From the NCBI GenBank assembly GCA_965222375.1, contig CBDCTZ010000015.1, positions 608,001 through 672,000 on the forward strand: 64,000 bases of DNA, read 5' to 3'. Both the position numbers and the translations under genes were made by a program. The notes below the pieces were generated by a model. That model was not told the DNA's origin and did no database searches. It saw only the letters and a program-made list of their open reading frames with translations. This document shows positions 58,117-64,000 of the stretch, piece after piece (the stretch's first letter is position 1; each line of letters opens with the position of its first letter). The stretch is from Polyangiaceae bacterium. GTDB lineage: Bacteria; Myxococcota_A; Polyangia; Polyangiales; Polyangiaceae.

Positions 58117-59519
58117 TATGTCAGCTCCGGTACGGGCCCGTCGCATTTCACCAACTCCCCGCTTTGTCCCTGAACGTGTTCGAGCCCCACATGATCGATC
58201 GAAAGGCCCATGGCCTGCGCCGCGCTGACCAACAAATGCTGATGGGGCATACCGGAGACCTGAGAGTAACCGCTTGGATCCACGGAAGCTGGGACCAGCA
58301 TTTGCACCGGTGTTTCGTGGGGCCAGTGTAGGTAGCGGCCCGTGCGGAAATGCCAGGAGCCGCCGATGATCACCGGGTTGTAGTGGCGATAGCCATGCCA
58401 GCCGTCGGCCAGCTCCGAGCCCCACACAATCAGCGTGTTGTCCATCACGCTGCCGCCGTCGGTGTCGGGCAACCCCTCGAGCACAGATACCAAGCGTGCG
58501 ACCTGCCCTGAATGCAGCGCAACGTAGTCGGTCATGGCCTGGTGCTTCTGCGGGTCGTTGTAGATGTCGTGGGCCAATCCCTTGTGTACGTCGTCGGTCA
58601 AGTGGTCCCAGCCGAAGTCCGACGTCGGCATTTCGCCCAAGGAAAGAGAGACCACGCGAGTGACGTCGCAACTCAGCGCGGCGCCGATCAGTTCCGAGAA
58701 CGCGTCGAAGCGCTCGTTGTAGTTCGCCAGCGAGTCCTTGCGCTCGGGCACGGGATCGCAAGACAAGCTGGCCATGCCCTCGATGCGATCCCCTAGCCGA
58801 CGCACCAATTCATAGTGGGCGTCGAGGCGCTCGCGTCCGCGCTTGTCGACTTTGGACGCCATGGCCTTGTGTTCGGCGTAGGCGTAATCGAGCACACCGC
58901 GCTGCCGCGCCGCCAGGGGGCTCGGCGCCACAGATGGGCCGAACAGGCGTTGCCACAAACGCGCCGGCGAACTCTCGACGGGCAGCCGCGCTCCGCTGAC
59001 ATTGTAGCTGATGGGACGCCCCGACTCGCGCACGTCATCGACGGAGATCTCCAAAGATGGCAGACGATCCGAACGCGCCACCTTCGCGGCAACCAACTGA
59101 TCCAAAGATGCCGATTGCGCCCGCGTATCCGTGCTGCTGAAGTCCGCATAATTGCCCGTCCAAGCGTGCACCCACCCCGTGTCGTGGCGATTGCCGTCGC
59201 TATCGAGCTCTGCAGTCGCCAGCGAAAGACCATCCAGCGCTAGCATGCGCTTGCGGTGGGCGTAGAGCGGCGCAAGGGCTGCGCTGAAGTCAGCGGCAGA
59301 GAGCGCTGACAGGTCCCGCTCCCAGGTCTCTCCCTCGCTCGTGCCCGAGGGGCGCATCTTCCACGAATCGTGGGGCCAGCCGTGACAGTGCGAGATGATG
59401 ATCAAGCGCTTGGGCGGTCCCTCGCCTGGCTCGGCCATGGACATGCGCAGGCCCAAGCTCGAAAGGCCTGTCGCGGCCCCGGCAAGACCCAACCCCTGCA
59501 GGAAGCGTCGCCGGTCCAT
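58116..59519 (-). CDS. DUF1552 family protein (Tat-exported)
   Basis: MDRRRFLQG Tat signal, PPKRL, SLDQ, CDVTRV and DNTLIVWGSE. Confidence 0.88.
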   Translation of the reverse strand: MDRRRFLQGLGLAGAATGLSSLGLRMSMAEPGEGPPKRLIIISHCHGWPHDSWKMRPSGTSEGETWERDLSALSAADFSAALAPLYAHRKRMLALDGLSLATAELDSDGNRHDTGWVHAWTGNYADFSSTDTRAQSASLDQLVAAKVARSDRLPSLEISVDDVRESGRPISYNVSGARLPVESSPARLWQRLFGPSVAPSPLAARQRGVLDYAYAEHKAMASKVDKRGRERLDAHYELVRRLGDRIEGMASLSCDPVPERKDSLANYNERFDAFSELIGAALSCDVTRVVSLSLGEMPTSDFGWDHLTDDVHKGLAHDIYNDPQKHQAMTDYVALHSGQVARLVSVLEGLPDTDGGSVMDNTLIVWGSELADGWHGYRHYNPVIIGGSWHFRTGRYLHWPHETPVQMLVPASVDPSGYSQVSGMPHQHLLVSAAQAMGLSIDHVGLEHVQGQSGELVKCDGPVPELT

Positions 59520-61426
59520 CACTTGCCCCCGACCCGGCGAAAGCGGAACACATCGCTCTTGGCGATGGCGACGAGTAGCTCTTTGACGTGATCGCTCTTG
59601 CGAAAGTCGGCTTGCAGCTCCAAAACCGACGCGTCGCCGGGCGGGATCTGAACGCCGGTGGCGTAGCGCGTCCAACGCAGCACGTAGCAATCTTGAACTG
59701 CGCGGCTCTTGCCCAGCTGCCGCGACAGGTCGACGCCGTCTTTGAAGGTGAACTCTTCGCCACTGGCCAACTTGAAGCTGCCACTGGCGTCCACGGGCTT
59801 GCCGTTGTCCTGAGCTCGCCAGCGCCCCATGGCGTCGTAGTGTTCGAAGGCAAAGCCCGGCGGGTTGAGCACCCCGTGGCACCCCCGGCACAGGGGGGCG
59901 TCGGTGGCGTCTTCCGTACGAATGCGATTCGTGCTCTCCGCTTCGGAGGTATCCGGTGGTTGGAACACCTCTACGCCGGGGGGCGGAGTGCCAAACACTT
60001 CGCAGGCCAAGCGCACCAGGATGCGTTTACCTCGCTGCACAGGCGCGGGGTGCACGGCGTAGGAACCCAGAGCCAGCACTGAAGGCAGGGTAAGAACACC
60101 CGCGCGTTGTTCTACTGGAAACTCCGCCGGCTGCAGCAGCACGCTGGACTTGTTGCCAATAGACGACGAAACGATGCCGTAGTTCCAGGTCACCATGGGG
60201 CCTCCAAGGACCTTCGCGTCGGTACCGTAGAGTGGCGCGGTCACCCCGGACATGTAGCCGTGGTTGTCAGTAAACAACGCTTCGAGGGTGCCTGCGCCGT
60301 CGAACACCGTGCGTTCCACAAACAGCTTCGTCTCCGCCTCCATGGAGTGCCGCACCGGTCCGAGCACGGAGGGCCACTGTCCGTCACCCGTCGTGTCCAA
60401 CGGCGGCTGAGGCGCCAGGCCATACAGCGGCCCGTACTCGCGGCGAGCAGGTGAAATCCCATGGATGCCTTTGGTGCCCAGCCACTGCTCGTGGAAGTGC
60501 ACCACAGCCGCTCGGGCTCGGGGGTCTTCGAGCATGCGGCGCGCCTGGGCTTCGACGCCCGCCGCCGTGGAGAGCTTTCCCCGCGCTGCTGCGTCGAACA
60601 AGGCCGGAGCGGGCATGCTGTCCCACAAGAAGTAGGAAAGCCGAGACGCCATCTGCCAACCGTCGAGGGGCACCTCGACGTTCTTGGTCGCCGGCGCGTG
60701 CTCGAGCCGGAACACGAACCCCGGAGCTTGCAACACCCCCGCGACAGTCAGTGCGACTGCTTCGTCGGCTGCGCCGGCCTGCCAGTTGTCCTCCCAGAAC
60801 TTACGTAGACGTTCCCTCTCTTCATCCGCGATCGGTCGCCTCCACGCGCGCTGCGTGAACCGCTCGATGCTCTTCCAAGCGCAAGCTTCTTGTTCGCCTT
60901 TGGAAAGGGTGTCCCAAAGGCTGCATGTGAAGAACACCGGCGACACCAACGCGAATGGGGCAAAATGGATCGCCGCCTTCTGCAATTGCTCGACGGAGTA
61001 CGGCGACGGCTCCTGACCGTCCGCGATGCCCTCGAACTCTTCAACACCAGTCTCATCCGGGAAAATCCAGGGCCAAGGCGGAGCTGCGATGGGATCCGAG
61101 CCGAACACCCCCTTGGTCTCGCCTTGCTTGGGCGAGAGCTTTTCGGCAACGGGGTGCGGCAGCGGCCACGCCGCGGGCTCGAGAGGCATCGCCAGTAGAT
61201 CCCGAATCGAGTTGTTGTACTCGGTTGGTGTCAGCGCCAATTGCGGGGTCTGCTGCAGCGCTTTCGGCTGCGGCACGGTCTGCGCCTCGCAGCCCGCGCT
61301 GCCAGCGCCCACGCAAAGCGCCAAAGACAAGACGGCCCTGCCAGGGAGCCATCCGCGGCGCTTCCAGGGCTCGTCTATGACGCGGTGCGGCTTCGCGGGT
61401 GGGGTCACTGAACGCACAGCAGCCAC
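59519..61426 (-). CDS. DUF1592/DUF1588/DUF1595/DUF1585 domain protein
   Basis: LTPTEYNNSIRDL, AWRRP, ASRLSYFLWDSMP, RAGVLT, PVQRG, CRGCH and GFAFEHYDAMGRWR. Start uncertain. Confidence 0.9.
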   Translation of the reverse strand: MAAVRSVTPPAKPHRVIDEPWKRRGWLPGRAVLSLALCVGAGSAGCEAQTVPQPKALQQTPQLALTPTEYNNSIRDLLAMPLEPAAWPLPHPVAEKLSPKQGETKGVFGSDPIAAPPWPWIFPDETGVEEFEGIADGQEPSPYSVEQLQKAAIHFAPFALVSPVFFTCSLWDTLSKGEQEACAWKSIERFTQRAWRRPIADEERERLRKFWEDNWQAGAADEAVALTVAGVLQAPGFVFRLEHAPATKNVEVPLDGWQMASRLSYFLWDSMPAPALFDAAARGKLSTAAGVEAQARRMLEDPRARAAVVHFHEQWLGTKGIHGISPARREYGPLYGLAPQPPLDTTGDGQWPSVLGPVRHSMEAETKLFVERTVFDGAGTLEALFTDNHGYMSGVTAPLYGTDAKVLGGPMVTWNYGIVSSSIGNKSSVLLQPAEFPVEQRAGVLTLPSVLALGSYAVHPAPVQRGKRILVRLACEVFGTPPPGVEVFQPPDTSEAESTNRIRTEDATDAPLCRGCHGVLNPPGFAFEHYDAMGRWRAQDNGKPVDASGSFKLASGEEFTFKDGVDLSRQLGKSRAVQDCYVLRWTRYATGVQIPPGDASVLELQADFRKSDHVKELLVAIAKSDVFRFRRVGGK

Positions 61427-61429
61427 AGG

Positions 61430-61448
61430 TTGACATAACCGTGGTCAA
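61430..61448. promoter_or_regulatory. TTGAC-N9-GTCAA inverted repeat upstream of the DUF1592 operon
   Basis: TTGACATAACCGTGGTCAA in the divergent intergenic region. Confidence 0.35.
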
Positions 61449-61688
61449 TTGTCTCGGGAGTCCTTGTTTTGAAGTGTTACGCGGACGGCGGTTCGCGGCT
61501 GGCTCTAGCGCCCCGAGGCGCTTCTGAATTGCTGCCGGCGGCCCCATCGAGGTCGACAGCGACCAAGCGCCGGAAGTCGGGGCAGGACTATCCCGCACCA
61601 AGCTTGCCTCCCGGGCGCAGATGTAGGAAACGCGGTTTGCAACTGCGGTCGGCGCGTCGAGCCCGTCACCCACAGAAGGAGAAGCCCC

Positions 61689-62240
61689 GTGAAGTACTTG
61701 TCGTTGTTGGTTGGCGCTTGCGCCGTGAGTGTTGGTTTCCTGGCCTGTTCGAGTGATGACTCGGGTGGTGGCGGCACGGGTGGTTCCGGCGCAGCCGCGA
61801 CCGGCGGATTTGGCGCAGGCGGTGCCGCCACGGGCGGTGTTGGCGCCGGTGGCGCAGCGACCGGCGGAACTGGAGCTGTCGCGACGGGTGGTACGGGAGC
61901 CACTGGCACAGGCGGCGCCTCGTCGTGTCCGGGCACTTTGTTGGGCCAGAAGTGCACGGTTCTGCAGTCGCCGGACGCCGCCCAAAACGCGTGCATCCAG
62001 GGTCAATGCTGCAGCACCCTCGAAACTTGCCTCGCCGACGCCGAATGCTCTTCCTTCTTTGCGTGCAACGCCACTTGCCAGCAAGGTGGCGGAACACCGC
62101 AGACCTGTAGTCAGCAGTGCCAGAACTGCATCGGCGGAGCAACTGCATTGGTGACCGCCTTCAACCAATGCATGGCGACCTGCGCCAGTGGCGACGGTGG
62201 TACGGCTGATGGTGGCGCCAGCGACGCCGCGACGGACTGA
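61689..62240 (+). CDS. Cys-rich lipoprotein with Gly/Ala/Thr linker
   Basis: AAGGAG RBS, FLAC-SS lipobox and helical Cys module (CC..C..C..C..C). Confidence 0.85.
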   Translation: MKYLSLLVGACAVSVGFLACSSDDSGGGGTGGSGAAATGGFGAGGAATGGVGAGGAATGGTGAVATGGTGATGTGGASSCPGTLLGQKCTVLQSPDAAQNACIQGQCCSTLETCLADAECSSFFACNATCQQGGGTPQTCSQQCQNCIGGATALVTAFNQCMATCASGDGGTADGGASDAATD

Positions 62241-62335
62241 GCCACCCGAAGCCCTCAGCGCGCCTCAACGGTTACTCCGTCGAGGCGCGTCTTTTTTCGC
62301 GGCTGAGCGGGTTTTGCCGACCATGGTCGGGTAAA

Positions 62336-62631
62336 TCCCACCGGCTCGGTCGACAAGCTCTTGCGGTGGCGGGGTAACGGCTGGCACGGGCGCCGGCAGC
62401 ACTGGTGGCACCGGCGCCGGTGGCAGCGGAGGAACCGGGGGCACCTTCGTGGTCTGCGACTATGCCGCGAGCGTGCTCAAGACAGAAGCCGCGAAGCTCA
62501 GCCCCGGAGGCGTAGTCGAGCTCCTCGGCGCGGGCTACGACTCGAAGCTGGTTGACGCGACCGGCGGGCATGACGTGCTGCAGTACTCCGCACCCCCAAA
62601 CGACGCCACTAAGAACCAACCGTCACCGTAG
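62336..62631 (+). pseudogene. Start-less remnant of a Gly-linker lipoprotein
   Basis: Frame SSCGGG..GGTGG..CDYAASVL lies after an in-frame stop and has no signal peptide. Confidence 0.4.
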
Positions 62632-63847
62632 CGAAACGCACGTGGCGTACGCCGACGCAGCCTTCGGTCCAGAGCACGCCGACCTTGCCGTCCTCGGTCA
62701 CGGCAACGTCGTGGTGCTCGATGCAACTTCCGGCAATGCGATCGTACATCTCGATGGGCCCCACGTCTTGGTCGAAGCTCTCGTCGAGCAAGTGCAGGTC
62801 GACGTGAATCGACAGGGGGTTCGTGGACTTCCACTTGCCGCGATCCACCAGCACAGCATAGCCACAGTCCCCGCGTCGTGCGATCTTGGGACGTTTTCCT
62901 TGCGCAACCGGTACCTGATAGCGCTGGGTCGCCGTGTCGGGGCGAATGGTCAGCAGGGTGGCGCCAAGATCGGTGTCGTAGACCCCCACCAGCGGCCGCG
63001 CCTCATCGATACTGGAAGTGATGTGCAGTGCGCCCGCAGCCTGAAACAACTGCGTCGGCTCAGGGGGCGGCGCGCCGTACTCGAAGCGGCCCAAGCTCAG
63101 CCACTGCGGGCCGCCCGGGCCACCGGTGTTTTGGAGCACCCGGTCGGGCCAAAGCCACAGATAGCCGTAGTGATGGCCAGGTCCTGTGTACGGCGGATAG
63201 AGCGGGTCGGGCCCAGCGAGCAGCGCTCCCTCGCGAGAAAAGCGAGCGGCTTGCGGGATCGCGCTCGCGAACTTGCGCAGCACGAAGTCCAAGCCCTGGT
63301 CGGAAACGAAGAACCTCGGCACGTTCACCGAAACCCCTGGCTGCAGCTCCAGCGCTGGCCCGACAACGCCAGAAAGCGCCACCGGACGCATGCGCAAGTG
63401 CTCCTTGCCCGTATCGAATTCGTCGCCAGTCCACGCCACCATCAGCCTGTCACCGTCGAGAGCCATGAACGCACCGTCGACACTGGGCGAAAAGTCTTCG
63501 GTCACATTGATGGCGTCGCCTTGCACACTCCCCTCCGCGTCGATGAAGTAGAGCATCGCCTCGTAACGTCCCTTGACCAAGAGCGTCACCAGCGCAGCCC
63601 ATCGGTCACCGAGCCCGAGCAGTTGTTGCCGCGACACGCCGTTGTCCTCGACGAAGGCTTTCCCCTCGGCAACAGTCACGTTCCCTTTGCACCTCGCGAC
63701 TCCACCGCCACCACCCCCAGCGCCGAAGCCACCGCCGCCACTGACTCCGCCCACAGCCTCACCAGCGAGTAGGCCGCTCCTCGAGCCACAGGCCACACAG
63801 GCCCAACACGAGACGAGTGCCAAAAAACACGGAGCCGTCTTGCCCAT
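62609..63847 (-). CDS. Lipoprotein with beta-rich domain
   Basis: CVAC-GSRSGL lipobox, Gly linker and beta-strand repeats (MVAW, VGVLW). GAGG RBS. Confidence 0.8.
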   Translation of the reverse strand: MGKTAPCFLALVSCWACVACGSRSGLLAGEAVGGVSGGGGFGAGGGGGGVARCKGNVTVAEGKAFVEDNGVSRQQLLGLGDRWAALVTLLVKGRYEAMLYFIDAEGSVQGDAINVTEDFSPSVDGAFMALDGDRLMVAWTGDEFDTGKEHLRMRPVALSGVVGPALELQPGVSVNVPRFFVSDQGLDFVLRKFASAIPQAARFSREGALLAGPDPLYPPYTGPGHHYGYLWLWPDRVLQNTGGPGGPQWLSLGRFEYGAPPPEPTQLFQAAGALHITSSIDEARPLVGVYDTDLGATLLTIRPDTATQRYQVPVAQGKRPKIARRGDCGYAVLVDRGKWKSTNPLSIHVDLHLLDESFDQDVGPIEMYDRIAGSCIEHHDVAVTEDGKVGVLWTEGCVGVRHVRFATVTVGS

Positions 63848-63874
63848 CGCAGTCAGACCTCAGCAGCGCCACGC

Positions 63875-64000
63875 TTTGGAAACAAGAGTCGTCCACAAAC
63901 GCCAGTCGCACTGTCCGACAAATGCGACGGCTTCGAAGACTGCAAAAACGGGGCAGACGAACCCCCGAGCTGCCCCCCGGACCCTCTCGAAGCCGACTGC
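63875..64000 (+). other. LDL-receptor class A-like coding fragment at the window edge
   Basis: Manual translation LSDKCDGFEDCKNGADEPPSC. No start codon found. Confidence 0.5.

Noticed and set aside
57487..58761. Long N-terminal extensions in the ORF track (also starts at 51306-52931, 52051, 53742, 59891, 44067 and 3389)
   Set aside because: They overlap neighbouring genes. Signal peptides and stop/start coupling point to downstream starts.

Overview
High-GC window that looks like the chromosome of a myxobacterium (Myxococcota, probably Polyangiales). This is inferred from the DUF2378, FHA-sigma54 activator, Ser/Thr kinase-PEGA and DUF1592/DUF1552 genes and from many Gly-linker, Cys-rich lipoproteins. 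Recognisable genes are a FadN-type beta-oxidation enzyme, a complete nqrABCDEF-apbE-nqrM operon flanked by USP and CBS genes, a PutP-type Na+ symporter, a TonB-dependent receptor, an ECF41 sigma/CMD pair, phosphoesterases, a HerA-like ATPase, an AurF-like oxygenase and a sigma54 two-component system. I saw no rRNA, tRNA, CRISPR array or transposase. The strongest leads are: (1) a P-loop-less MglA-like pseudo-GTPase heading a gene run with a TPR protein; (2) about a dozen lipoproteins carrying eukaryote-like disulfide modules (Kunitz, double knottin, defensin-like, a 42-aa 6-Cys repeat), plus an LDLa remnant; (3) a eukaryote-type neutral sphingomyelinase; (4) a catalytically degenerate FHA-sigma54 activator; (5) a HerA-like ATPase paired with a tandem winged-helix protein. 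All family calls come from motif recognition by eye, with no database searches, and several start codons are uncertain.
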